Part shown: positions 6,765-18,717 of the stretch, in pieces
Layout: each line of letters opens with the position of its first letter
Numbering within the stretch: position 1 is the first letter of the stretch
UHGV virus genome: UHGV-0096894
DNA length: 18,917 nucleotides
Reading direction: 5' to 3' (one strand)
Source of the DNA: a virus
Notes under the pieces: model-generated
The model's database searches: none
What the model was told of the DNA's origin: nothing
Seen by the model: the letters and a program-made list of their open reading frames with translations, nothing else
Made by a program: the position numbers and the translations under genes

Positions 6765-7811
6765 ATGGTTAATACTGTAAAAATATCCAGTTGTGAGTTG
6801 ATCAACGCTGATTGCCTGGAATTTATCCAGACCTTACCGGAAAACTCTGTCGATTTGATAGTCACAGACCCGCCATACTTTAAAGTGAAGCCCGAGGGCT
6901 GGGATAACCAGTGGAAGGGTGACGATGATTACCTGAAGTGGCTGGACCAGTGTCTGGCGCAGTTCTGGCGGGTACTGAAGCCCGCCGGAAGTCTTTACCT
7001 GTTCTGTGGGCATCGTCTGGCATCTGATATCGAGATCATGTTGCGTGAACGTTTCAACGTGCTTAACCATATCATCTGGGCGAAGCCGTCCGGACGCTGG
7101 AACGGGTGCAGGAAGGAAAGCCTGAGGGCATATTTCCCGGCAACAGAGCACATACTGTTTGCTGAACATTACCAGGGGCCATATCGGCCAAAAAATGATG
7201 GCTATGTGGCAAAGGGGCGCGAGCTTAAACAGCATGTCATGGCTCCGCTGATTTCTTACTTTCGTGATGCGCGTGAATCACTGGGGATAACGCCGAAACA
7301 GATAGCGGAAGCCACCGGAAAGAAAAACATGGCTTCGCACTGGTTTGGTGCCAGCCAGTGGCAGTTACCGAACGAAGCTGATTACAGAAAGCTGCAGGCG
7401 TTGTTTGCGCGTGTTGCAGCAGAAAAACATCAACGCGGAGAACTGGAAAAGCCACACCACCATCTGGTCAGCACATACAGCGAACTGAACCGGCAATATG
7501 TCAGCCTGCTGGAAGAGTATAAATCTTTGCGGCGTTATTTTTCCGTATCGGCAGCCGTTCCTTATACGGATGTCTGGACGCACAAACCTGTGCTGTATTA
7601 TCCGGGTAAACATCCGTGTGAGAAGCCAGCAGATATGTTGCGGCAGATAATTACAGCCAGCAGTCGTCCGGGGGAACTGGTTGCAGACTTTTTTATGGGA
7701 TCGGGGGCGACTATAAAGGCTGCGCTCTCTCTGGAACGTAGAGCTATTGGTGTAGAGCTGGAAACGGACAGGTTTAATCAAACGTTTGATGAAATAAGAA
7801 ACAATGGTTAG
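6765..7811 (+). CDS. Orphan DNA amino-methyltransferase (N6-adenine or N4-cytosine, beta-class)
   Basis: Catalytic motif IV DPPY (LIVTDPPYF) near the N-terminus and AdoMet motif I FxGxG (DFFMGSGAT) near the C-terminus, the circularly permuted order of beta-class amino-MTases. No restriction endonuclease gene adjacent. Confidence 0.85.
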   Translation: MVNTVKISSCELINADCLEFIQTLPENSVDLIVTDPPYFKVKPEGWDNQWKGDDDYLKWLDQCLAQFWRVLKPAGSLYLFCGHRLASDIEIMLRERFNVLNHIIWAKPSGRWNGCRKESLRAYFPATEHILFAEHYQGPYRPKNDGYVAKGRELKQHVMAPLISYFRDARESLGITPKQIAEATGKKNMASHWFGASQWQLPNEADYRKLQALFARVAAEKHQRGELEKPHHHLVSTYSELNRQYVSLLEEYKSLRRYFSVSAAVPYTDVWTHKPVLYYPGKHPCEKPADMLRQIITASSRPGELVADFFMGSGATIKAALSLERRAIGVELETDRFNQTFDEIRNNG

Positions 7812-7977
7812 CTTTTTTTTGCGAACTTTTTAATTTTTATAATATTGTATAATTATGTTTTAAATACCTGACATTGTTTGTATTGAAACAGGAGCGGAAT
7901 TCATTATTATTCTTCGTCGGTTCCAAGGGAGGGTAATTTATGTATCCGGGCATCTCATCCACACCTGAGGAACCAAT

Positions 7978-8053
<76 letters not shown>

Positions 8054-8056
8054 TAT

Positions 8057-8131
<75 letters not shown>

Positions 8132-8485
8132 TCATTATTCTGGCAACACGAATTATACAGCACTGGCGTGTTTTTTACGTGGGGGCAGGTTGTTTTAAGA
8201 CATCTTTGGTCCTCAGGCTATGGTTTGAGGTCGGTTATAGCCTCAGTGCTGATTTTTTACAACAATGGAATGGTGCATTATCGGTGGAGATTTCGTATTT
8301 CCTGGCAGGGCTGATGATGCACTATCCCGGTGTTGTAAAAACACTACAGAGGTGTTCCTCAGTGCGAGGGTGGTTTAAAGAGTCGGTTTAGCGGGAAACC
8401 ACAGTATCCTTGTGGGGCTGGATGCTTCGGGTGGCACCCGACACTTCTGAATACAATTAAATCATGCGTTTTTATATGCCATTAA

Positions 8486-8509
8486 CCGCCGCTCCAGGCG
8501 GTTTTTTTT
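8486..8509 (+). terminator. Rho-independent terminator
   Basis: Stem ccgcc(8486-8490)/ggcgg(8497-8501), loop gctcca, followed by an 8-T run (8502-8509). Confidence 0.55.
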
Positions 8510-9129
8510 ATTCAAAGTTTGGGGTTACAAGTGCTCGCTTCCACTACTTTGGTTTTTACAATTATAGTTTTTGGGAGAATCTTCATGGGGTGTGCTTCAT
8601 CCTTTGCAATTCGCTGCTCCTGGTGTATGAGACAATGAAGTCCATGCGGTAACGAAGGTCGGATATCTGCTCGGTTTTATTCTGGTAATTTGGGGCCTTC
8701 GCTTTTTACGGATGCGGGCAGCACAAGGTTATTGGGGCGACGGCCATCATTGTTGCATTTGCAGGAGTTATTCTGAGTCCGACAAGAATGTGCTGTTGAG
8801 TGCACTGCTGGCTGAAAGAAACTGCCACCTGAAGAATGGTGAACTTATTTAGTAGGGGATCCTGGATGAAAGTGAACGGGATGATAACTTCGAAATTAGT
8901 CCACTGAGGAATGCCTTATACAAGAGATCATGGATAACCCTCGGACATTTACAGGAAGCAAACGCCACTTACTTCACTACCCCGGAGAAGTGGGGCCTGC
9001 CAATATGACAGATAACAAAATCTGAAAATGAGTCTCTCCAGTTGAGAAATATACGATGAAGGAGCATTCTGTTCAGCGCAAAGTAATCCGTTTTGTGATG
9101 AATAATCTCGAGAGTCATTTTTCATTCCT

Positions 9130-9158
9130 GCCAGCCTCCCCAGAGCTGGCTTTTTTTT
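9130..9158 (+). terminator. Rho-independent terminator
   Basis: Stem gccagc(9130-9135)/gctggc(9145-9150), 9-nt loop, followed by an 8-T run (9151-9158). Confidence 0.55.
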
Positions 9159-9221
9159 AAGGCCTGTTCCGACGGGCTTTTTTGTATTCGCTCCACGTCC
9201 CATACATATCAAATCTGAATA

Positions 9222-9268
9222 ACACCACACAAAGGCATCTGCGGATGTCTTTGGTGTGGTGTTTTTTT
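9222..9268 (+). terminator. Strong rho-independent terminator immediately upstream of the lysis cassette
   Basis: Long imperfect hairpin ACACCACACAAAG (9222-9234) / CTTTGGTGTGGTGT (9249-9262) with one bulge and a 14-nt loop holding a catc/gatg mini-stem, followed by a 7-T run. A second T-run at 9285-9290 precedes the holin RBS. Confidence 0.6.
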
Positions 9269-9309
9269 GGGTCCGCTGGTGGCCTTTTTTAATTTACAGG
9301 AGAAAAAGT

Positions 9310-9702
9310 ATGTCTGAACCCTTATCCGGTTCCGGCACCGCTGCTGCGCTCGGTGGGGCGACTGTTTTCGGGCTGTTTACCGGAACGGATTTCGGGATTG
9401 TGTTTGGCGCATTTGCGGGGGCGTTGTTTGTTGCAACGATACCGCAGGCGCTTTCAGCATGGCGGGTGGCGGCACATTTTCTTGTGTCATTTATCGTCGG
9501 CGTGCTGGGTGCGCGTTTGCTTTCAGCCTGGGTGGCATCAAAAACTGGTTATGACGGCACATCTGCAGATGCATTGTGTGCGGTGCTGGTATCGCTGGTG
9601 TCGGTAAAGATTATGTCATTCATCCACCAGCAGGATATCGCATCACTGGTGTCTGGCCTGTTCTCGCGCCTGCGGGGCGGAGGAGGCGGCAATGTTAAGT
9701 AA
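9310..9702 (+). CDS. Putative holin (130 aa, 3-4 predicted transmembrane segments)
   Basis: AGGAG RBS 7 nt before ATG at 9310; the track's 9256 start runs through the terminator T-tract and is unlikely. Gly/Ala-rich hydrophobic segments, short charged C-terminus. Sits first in a block that ends with endolysin and spanins. No similarity to lambda S that I can see. Confidence 0.6.
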   Translation: MSEPLSGSGTAAALGGATVFGLFTGTDFGIVFGAFAGALFVATIPQALSAWRVAAHFLVSFIVGVLGARLLSAWVASKTGYDGTSADALCAVLVSLVSVKIMSFIHQQDIASLVSGLFSRLRGGGGGNVK

Positions 9703-9967
9703 CCTTCCCGGATTGCTGAATGTGGCGTTATGCACGGTTATCGTGCTGACGCTCTTTTTTTATCGTCGTCGTGACTCCAGACACAAACCGCTGATGTCAT
9801 GGCTGGCCTGGCTGCTGATGCTGCTGTATGCCTTTGCCCCCCTCAGCTATCTGTGTGGTCGCCCGTTAGCAACGGGCTGGCTGGAGGTGTTTTTTAATCT
9901 GCTGTTCTGCGTGCTGGTGATACGCGCACGCGGGAACGTCACAAGAATCTTTCCATTGTTGAGGTGA
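9692..9967 (+). CDS. Small membrane protein in lysis cassette (possible second holin or antiholin component)
   Basis: ATG at 9692 overlaps the holin stop by 11 nt, with GGAGGAGG RBS upstream. 91 aa with 2-3 hydrophobic helices. Its TGA stop (9965-9967) sits 3 nt before the endolysin ATG. Confidence 0.5.
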   Translation: MLSNLPGLLNVALCTVIVLTLFFYRRRDSRHKPLMSWLAWLLMLLYAFAPLSYLCGRPLATGWLEVFFNLLFCVLVIRARGNVTRIFPLLR

Positions 9968-9969
9968 AT

Positions 9970-10347
9970 ATGTCGGGTAAATTCAGATTCAGCCGCCGGA
10001 GCGAGAAAAATCTGGAGGGTGTCAAACCACAGCTGGTTGCTGTAGTTCGCCGTGCCCTTGAACTGACGGAGGTTGATTTTGGTATTACGGAAGGTCTGCG
10101 CACGAAAGAGCGCCAGAAACAACTGGTTGCGGAAGGAAAAAGTCAGACTATGAACAGCCGTCACCTGACAGGTGATGCAGTGGATGTTGTGGCCTACGTT
10201 GGCAGCCAGGTGTCATGGGACTGGCCTCTGTACGAGAAAATCGCACAGGCATTTAAGCAGGCTGGTGCAGAGCTGGGAACCGCCATCGAATGGGGCGGGG
10301 ACTGGAAAACACTGAAAGACGGACCACATTTCCAGCTGAAGCGCTGA
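9970..10347 (+). CDS. Endolysin, M15-family peptidase (L-alanyl-D-glutamate peptidase type)
   Basis: Product MSGKFRFSRRSEKNLEGV...SRHLTGDAVDVVAY...WGGDW...GPHFQL has the zinc-ligand pattern (H..G.A.D ... H) of VanY/M15 phage endolysins such as T5 Lys. The track starts at GTG 9964; ATG 9970 is preferred. Confidence 0.8.
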   Translation: MSGKFRFSRRSEKNLEGVKPQLVAVVRRALELTEVDFGITEGLRTKERQKQLVAEGKSQTMNSRHLTGDAVDVVAYVGSQVSWDWPLYEKIAQAFKQAGAELGTAIEWGGDWKTLKDGPHFQLKR

Positions 10348-10362
10348 CAGCTGGGGCTGAAT

Positions 10363-10830
10363 ATGAGCAGAGTTACTGTGATTATCTCCCCTCTGGTTTT
10401 CTGCATCATTGTCTGCCTGTCATTGGCTGTTAATCATTACCGTAATAATGCCATTACCTACAAAGCGCAGCGCGACAAAAATGCCGGAGAACTGAAACTG
10501 GCGAACGTGACAATTACTGACATGCATCAGCTCCAGCGTGAGGCTGATGCACTCGATGCTAAATACACGAAGGAGTTAGCTGATGCGAAAGCTGAAAATG
10601 ATGCTCTTCGGCGCAAGCTTGATAATGGTGGCAGGGTGCTCGTCAAAGGAAAATGCCCTGTGCCATCCTCAGCCGAAACCTCCAGCGCCTCCGGCATGGG
10701 CAATGATGCCACCGTCGAACTCTCTCCAGTTGCTGGACGAAACGTTCTCGGTATCCGGGACGAAATTATCCGCGACCAAACAGCACTGAGAACGCTTCAG
10801 GAATACATCAAGACGCAATGCCTGAATTAA
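10363..10830 (+). CDS. Rz-type i-spanin (inner-membrane spanin subunit)
   Basis: N-terminal TM helix ([18 protein letters not shown]), then a long coiled-coil-like periplasmic region ([44 protein letters not shown]). Directly follows the endolysin gene and contains an embedded +1-frame lipoprotein gene. Confidence 0.8.
   Translation: MSRVTVIISPLVFCIIVCLSLAVNHYRNNAITYKAQRDKNAGELKLANVTITDMHQLQREADALDAKYTKELADAKAENDALRRKLDNGGRVLVKGKCPVPSSAETSSASGMGNDATVELSPVAGRNVLGIRDEIIRDQTALRTLQEYIKTQCLN
10583..10789 (+). CDS. Rz1-type o-spanin lipoprotein, embedded in the +1 frame of Rz
   Basis: AAGGAG RBS 5 nt before ATG at 10583. Product [21 protein letters not shown]... has a lipoprotein signal with lipobox VAGC, followed by a Pro-rich segment ([16 protein letters not shown]). 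Entirely nested within Rz in another frame. Confidence 0.7.
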   Translation: MRKLKMMLFGASLIMVAGCSSKENALCHPQPKPPAPPAWAMMPPSNSLQLLDETFSVSGTKLSATKQH

Positions 10831-10871
10831 TCCCTCTGTATCAAAAACGAGCTCAATTTGTTGGATAGTGA

Positions 10872-11183
10872 ATGAAAATTTATATTTCCGGGCCAATGAC
10901 GGGATATGAGAACTTTAATCGTGACGCCTTTAATAAAGAGGCAGATCGTTTGTCACGACATGGTCACTCTGTCTTGAATCCAGCCACTTTGCCTAATGGT
11001 CTGACACAACGTGAATACATGGATATTTGCTTTGCAATGCTTCGTTGTGCTGATGCTATTTTGATGCTTCCTGGCTGGAAAGCGTCTGCTGGAGCAACTG
11101 CTGAGTATCATTACGCATACAAGATGGAGATGCCGGTATTCACTACGCTGAATTACCCGCCAGTTTGTTCCTCTGTAGCATAA
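10872..11183 (+). CDS. DUF4406-like protein (nucleoside 2-deoxyribosyltransferase-like fold)
   Basis: MKIYISGPMTGYENFNRDAFNKEADRLSRHGHSVLNPA...CADAILMLPGWKASAGATAE matches the pattern I recall for DUF4406 (KIY.SGPMTG ... NP ... D.I..LPGW..S.GA..E). Confidence 0.65.
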   Translation: MKIYISGPMTGYENFNRDAFNKEADRLSRHGHSVLNPATLPNGLTQREYMDICFAMLRCADAILMLPGWKASAGATAEYHYAYKMEMPVFTTLNYPPVCSSVA

Positions 11184-11528
11184 AATCTCTTTGTTTCTCG
11201 TGTGCGACCGCGGTCGCACGCTAAATTCCGCGCTGCATCGTCGCCGTATTCCCGCATTAACCATGACCGCAGCCCGATGGGGAACTCCTTCTGCGCGAGT
11301 GTGCGGGAATAATCAAAAACGATGCACACCGGGTTTTTACCGCGCTAATGATTCGCGGGTTTATCCCGGTGCGATGGTGGAAGAAACCGGAAGCTGTATT
11401 ACAGAAAGTGCTACTACTGTATCCCGATGCGATGTATGTAATGTGAGTCAGATAATGGCACAGGATGTGGTGATGTGGCAGTCTGGAACACAGGATATAT
11501 TGTCAGAATAAGACCCGTAGGAATAAAA

Positions 11529-11855
11529 ATGAAAAGACGCCTTTTACTACTTTTTCTGTTATCTGTCCTGGCAGTGGGATGCTCGCAGCAAAAAGCTGAT
11601 GAGCCCCGGCAATTAGTGACGGTGTATCCACGATATCCGGAATATGCTGCAGCAAATTATATCAAGGGGCTGGTTGAGGTTAAGTTCGATATTGGTGCTG
11701 ATGGGACTGTGACACGGATCGTTTTTCTCCGCTCAGAGCCTCATAATTTGTTTCGTGATGAAGTGGTGAAGGCCATGGCGAAATGGCGATTTGAAAAGAA
11801 TCGCCCCTGTCAGGGAGTGAAGAGACAATTTATCTTTACGCCGTCACGTCCCTGA
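11529..11855 (+). CDS. Lipoprotein with TonB C-terminal-like domain (108 aa)
   Basis: ATG at 11529 with aggaataaaa upstream (the track starts at 11475). Signal peptide with lipobox LAVGC (MKRRLLLLFLLSVLAVGCSQ). Mature part VYPRYPEYAAANYIKGLVEVKFDIGADGTVTRIVFLRSEPHNLFRDEVVKAMAKWRFE fits the TonB_C pattern (YP..A...G.V.V.F.I..DG.V....V..S.P...F...V..A...WRF). Confidence 0.7.
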   Translation: MKRRLLLLFLLSVLAVGCSQQKADEPRQLVTVYPRYPEYAAANYIKGLVEVKFDIGADGTVTRIVFLRSEPHNLFRDEVVKAMAKWRFEKNRPCQGVKRQFIFTPSRP

Positions 11856-11977
11856 TGCTTCCAGGTAGAGAGGGGCTGTAAGCAGGAGAAAAATGAAAGA
11901 GCCAGCGGTTATATTTTTGTCATGGCTGACGAGGAATGATGGAAGAAGGCGTTGTATGCCACACAACGCCTCACTGT

Positions 11978-12157
11978 TCATTTCTTCTTTTTCTCTGGTG
12001 GAACCCGATGAATAAGAGTTGCACTGGTTTCCGATGAGATGGCGATATACTCGGGCAAAGTATGCTGGCAGTTTTCCAACTGGTCAAAAATACCTGCTCT
12101 CGTCTGTTGCAATGCCTGCAGCATGCGGCGGCAATGCGCCTTGCTTTTACTAACCAT
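11978..12157 (-). CDS. Hypothetical small protein (59 aa)
   Basis: Minus-strand ATG with strong GAGGAAGGAAAG SD directly upstream. Product MVSKSKAHCRRMLQALQQTRAGIFDQLENCQHTLPEYIAISSETSATLIHRVPPEKKKK. It is the C-terminal portion of track ORF 11978..12331, whose N-terminal part overlaps the next ORF in another frame. Confidence 0.3.
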   Translation of the reverse strand: MVSKSKAHCRRMLQALQQTRAGIFDQLENCQHTLPEYIAISSETSATLIHRVPPEKKKK

Positions 12158-12218
12158 CTTTCCTTCCTCTATCAGTCGCTGCGTGAACTCATCATGGAAT
12201 ACCAGGTAAATGCGGATG

Positions 12219-12470
12219 TTATCGGTTTTGGCTACGCAGCATAGTACAAAACGGACAGGTGCATCCCGGGACGGGGGAGGCGTCACATGTCCCTGTGATG
12301 GTTGTTCCGGGTAATGTACTGTGTGGGGCATAAAAATGTCCGATAATTTTACTTTCTACCGCAGTTAGTTGATTCGTTGGTCCTGGTAGCACATTGGGCG
12401 AGGATTTAAATGCCAGGCAACTGAAGGATGATGTCGCAAGGGAGATAGCGAGAATATTTCTGATTTTCAT
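12219..12470 (-). CDS. Hypothetical secreted Cys-rich small protein (83 aa)
   Basis: Minus-strand internal ATG (rc of 12468-12470) of track ORF 12219..12539. Product MKIRNILAISLATSSFSCLAFKSS... has a plausible Sec signal peptide followed by a Cys-containing mature region (CDASPVPGCTCPFC). No recognisable family. Confidence 0.35.
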   Translation of the reverse strand: MKIRNILAISLATSSFSCLAFKSSPNVLPGPTNQLTAVESKIIGHFYAPHSTLPGTTITGTCDASPVPGCTCPFCTMLRSQNR

Positions 12471-12618
12471 TTGATGATGCCTCTGTGTGAAATGACGGTA
12501 AACGACGCACTTGTGCCGGCACATAATAGCAAGCACCATAATAGATCAGATTCGATCCTTGCTGTAAGTGATAATTATTCTCGTTTTCGGGTCCTTTCCG
12601 TCGATCCAACAGGTTACG

Positions 12619-12630
12619 GGGCGGCGACCT
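12619..12630. other. cosN cohesive-end site of lambda-type cos (cosQ upstream, cosB downstream to about 12800)
   Basis: ...CAGGTTACG|GGGCGGCGACCT|CGCGGGTTTTCGC... matches the junction of the lambda right and left ends as I recall them, with the 12-nt cohesive end GGGCGGCGACCT 189 nt before the Nu1 start. cosB contains a 14-bp-arm inverted repeat (12729-12742 / 12768-12781). Confidence 0.7.
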
Positions 12631-12807
12631 CGCGGGTTTTCGCTATTTATGAAAATTTTCCGGTTTAAGGCGTTTCCGTTCTTCTTCGTCATAACTTAAT
12701 GTTTTTATTTAAAATACCCTCTGAAAAGAAAGGAAACGACAGGTGCTGAAAGCGAGCTTTTTGGCCTCTGTCGTTTCCTTTTTCTGTTTTTGTCCGTGGA
12801 ATGAACA

Positions 12808-13327
12808 ATGGAAGTCAACAAAAAGCAGCTGGCTGACATTTTCGGTGCGAGTATCCGTACCATTCAGAACTGGCAGGAACAGGGAATGCCCGTTCTGCGA
12901 GGCGGTGGCAAGGGTAATGAGGTGCTTTATGACTCTGCCGCCGTCATAAAATGGTATGCCGAAAGGGATGCTGAAATTGAGAACGAAAAGCTGCGCCGGG
13001 AGGTTGAAGAACTGCGGCAGGCCAGCGAGACAGATCTCCAGCCAGGGACTATTGAGTACGAACGCCATCGACTTACGCGTGCGCAGGCCGACGCACAGGA
13101 GCTGAAAAATGCCAGAGACTCCGCTGAAGTGGTGGAAACCGCATTCTGTACTTTCGTGCTGTCGCGGATCGCAGGTGAAATTGCCAGTATTCTCGACGGG
13201 ATCCCCCTGTCGGTGCAGCGGCGTTTTCCGGAACTGGAAAACCGACATGTTGATTTCCTGAAACGGGATATCATCAAAGCCATGAACAAAGCAGCCGCGC
13301 TGGATGAACTGATACCGGGGTTGCTGA

Positions 13328-13353
<26 letters not shown>
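12808..13353 (+). CDS. nu1: Terminase small subunit Nu1 (lambda-type)
   Basis: 181 aa product MEVNKKQLADIFGASIRTIQNWQEQGMPVLRGGGKGNEVLYDSAAVIKWYAERDAEIENEKLRREVEELRQ... matches phage lambda Nu1 as I recall it. Sits 189 nt from cosN and overlaps A by 26 nt, as in lambda. Confidence 0.95.
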
Positions 13354-17034
<3,681 letters not shown>

Positions 17035-17054
<20 letters not shown>

Positions 17055-18354
17055 TCTCCCGCATATTGCCAGCATGGCCTTTAATGAGCCGCTGATGCTT
17101 GAACCCGCCTATGCGCGGGTTTTCTTTTGTGCGCTTGCAGGCCAGCTTGGGATCAGCCGCCTGACGGATGCGGTATCCGGCGACAGCCTGACTGCCGGAG
17201 AGGCACCCGCGGCGCTGGCGTTATCCGTTGATGATGACGGACCACGACAGGCCCGCAGTTATCAGGTCATGAACGGCATCGCCGTGCTGCCGGTGTCCGG
17301 CACGCTGGTCAGCCGGACGCGGGCGCTGCAGCCGTATTCGGGGATGACCGGTTACAACGGCATTATCGCCCGTCTGCAACAGGCTGCCAGCGACCCGATG
17401 GTGGACGGCATTCTGCTCGATATGGACACGCCCGGCGGAATGGTGGCAGGGGCATTTGACTGCGCTGACATCATCGCCCGTGTGCGTGACATAAAACCGG
17501 TATGGGCGCTTGCCAACGACATGAACTGCAGTGCAGGTCAGTTGCTTGCCAGTGCCGCCTCCCGGCGTCTGGTCACGCAGACCGCCCGGACAGGCTCCAT
17601 CGGCGTCATGATGGCTCACAGTAATTACGGTGCTGCGCTGGAGAAACAGGGTGTGGAAATCACGCTGATTTACAGCGGCAGCCATAAGGTGGATGGCAAC
17701 CCCTACAGCCATCTTCCGGATGACGTCCGGGAGACACTGCAGTCCCGGATGGACGCAACCCGCCAGATGTTTGCGCAGAAGGTGTCGGCATATACCGGCC
17801 TGTCCGTGCAGGCTGTGCTGGATACCGAGGCTGCAGTGTACAGCGGTCAGGAGGCCATTGATGCCGGACTGGCTGATGAACTTGTTAACAGCACCGATGC
17901 GATCACCGTCATGCGTGATGCACTGGATGCACGTAAATCCCGTCTCTCAGGAGGGCGAATGACCAAAGAGGCTCAATCAACAACTGTTTCAGCCACTGCT
18001 TCGCAGGCTGACGTTACTGACGTGGTGCCAGCGACGGAGGGCGAGAACGCCAGCGCGGCGCAGCCGGACGTGAACGCGCAGATCACCGCAGCGGTTGCGG
18101 CAGAAAACAGCCGCATTATGGGGATCCTCAACTGTGAGGAGGCTCACGGACGCGAAGAACAGGCACGCGTGCTGGCAGAAACCCCCGGTATGACCGTGAA
18201 AACGGCCCGCCGCATTCTGGCCGCAGCACCACAGAGTGCACAGGCGCGCAGTGACACTGCGCTGGATCGTCTGATGCAGGGGGCACCGGCACCGCTGGCT
18301 GCAGGTAACCCGGCATCTGATGCCGTTAACGATTTGCTGAACACACCAGTGTAA
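17035..18354 (+). CDS. C: Head maturation protease/scaffold gpC (lambda-type)
   Basis: GTG at 17035 preceded by GAGGAGGAG RBS gives a 439-aa protein, the length of lambda C, beginning VTAELRNLPHIASMAFNEPLMLEP. The track's longer ORF (from 16888) lies inside B and lacks an RBS. Confidence 0.9.
17749..18354 (+). CDS. nu3: Scaffolding protein Nu3, nested in-frame in the 3' part of C
   Basis: In-frame ATG at 17749 (MDATRQMFAQKVSAYTG...) lies exactly 606 nt before the C stop, the same relationship as lambda Nu3 to C. Called by lambda collinearity, not by an independent signal. Confidence 0.6.
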   Translation: MDATRQMFAQKVSAYTGLSVQAVLDTEAAVYSGQEAIDAGLADELVNSTDAITVMRDALDARKSRLSGGRMTKEAQSTTVSATASQADVTDVVPATEGENASAAQPDVNAQITAAVAAENSRIMGILNCEEAHGREEQARVLAETPGMTVKTARRILAAAPQSAQARSDTALDRLMQGAPAPLAAGNPASDAVNDLLNTPV

Positions 18355-18363
18355 GGGATGTTT

Positions 18364-18696
18364 ATGACGAGCAAAGAAACCTTTACCCATTACCAGCCGC
18401 TGGGCAACAGTGACCCGGCTCATACCGCAACCGCGCCCGGCGGATTGAGTGCGAAAGCGCCTGCAATGACCCCGCTGATGCTGGACACCTCCAGCCGTAA
18501 GCTGGTTGCGTGGGATGGCACCACCGACGGTGCTGCCGTTGGCATTCTTGCGGTTGCTGCTGACCAGACCAGCACCACGCTGACGTTCTACAAGTCCGGC
18601 ACGTTCCGTTATGAGGATGTGCTCTGGCCGGAGGCTGCCAGCGACGAGACGAAAAAACGGACCGCGTTTGCCGGAACGGCAATCAGCATCGTTTAA
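18364..18696 (+). CDS. D: Head decoration protein gpD (lambda-type)
   Basis: AAGGGA RBS 5 nt before ATG at 18364. 110-aa product [52 protein letters not shown]... matches lambda D from memory. The track start at 18358 adds two residues. Confidence 0.9.
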   Translation: MTSKETFTHYQPLGNSDPAHTATAPGGLSAKAPAMTPLMLDTSSRKLVAWDGTTDGAAVGILAVAADQTSTTLTFYKSGTFRYEDVLWPEAASDETKKRTAFAGTAISIV

Positions 18697-18717
18697 CTTT
18701 ACCCTTCATCACTAAAG

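Noticed and set aside
6590-6772. 60-aa ORF between the winged-helix gene and the methyltransferase
   Set aside because: It overlaps the end of the winged-helix ORF and the start of the methyltransferase, with no RBS and Trp/Gly-rich low-complexity composition.
9256-9309. Upstream in-frame extension of the holin ORF
   Set aside because: It would be translated through the 9222-9268 terminator hairpin and T-tract with no RBS; ATG 9310 with an AGGAG RBS is the credible start.
8132-9309. Shiga-toxin-like or other toxin cargo downstream of the phage tRNAs
   Set aside because: This is the slot where Stx phages carry stxAB, but no ORF of adequate length with a signal peptide or RBS exists here; the region is ORF-poor.
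12471-12668. 65-aa plus-strand ORF spanning cos
   Set aside because: It runs straight through cosQ and cosN (12619-12630) and into cosB, has no RBS, and is an ORF-finder artefact across the packaging site.
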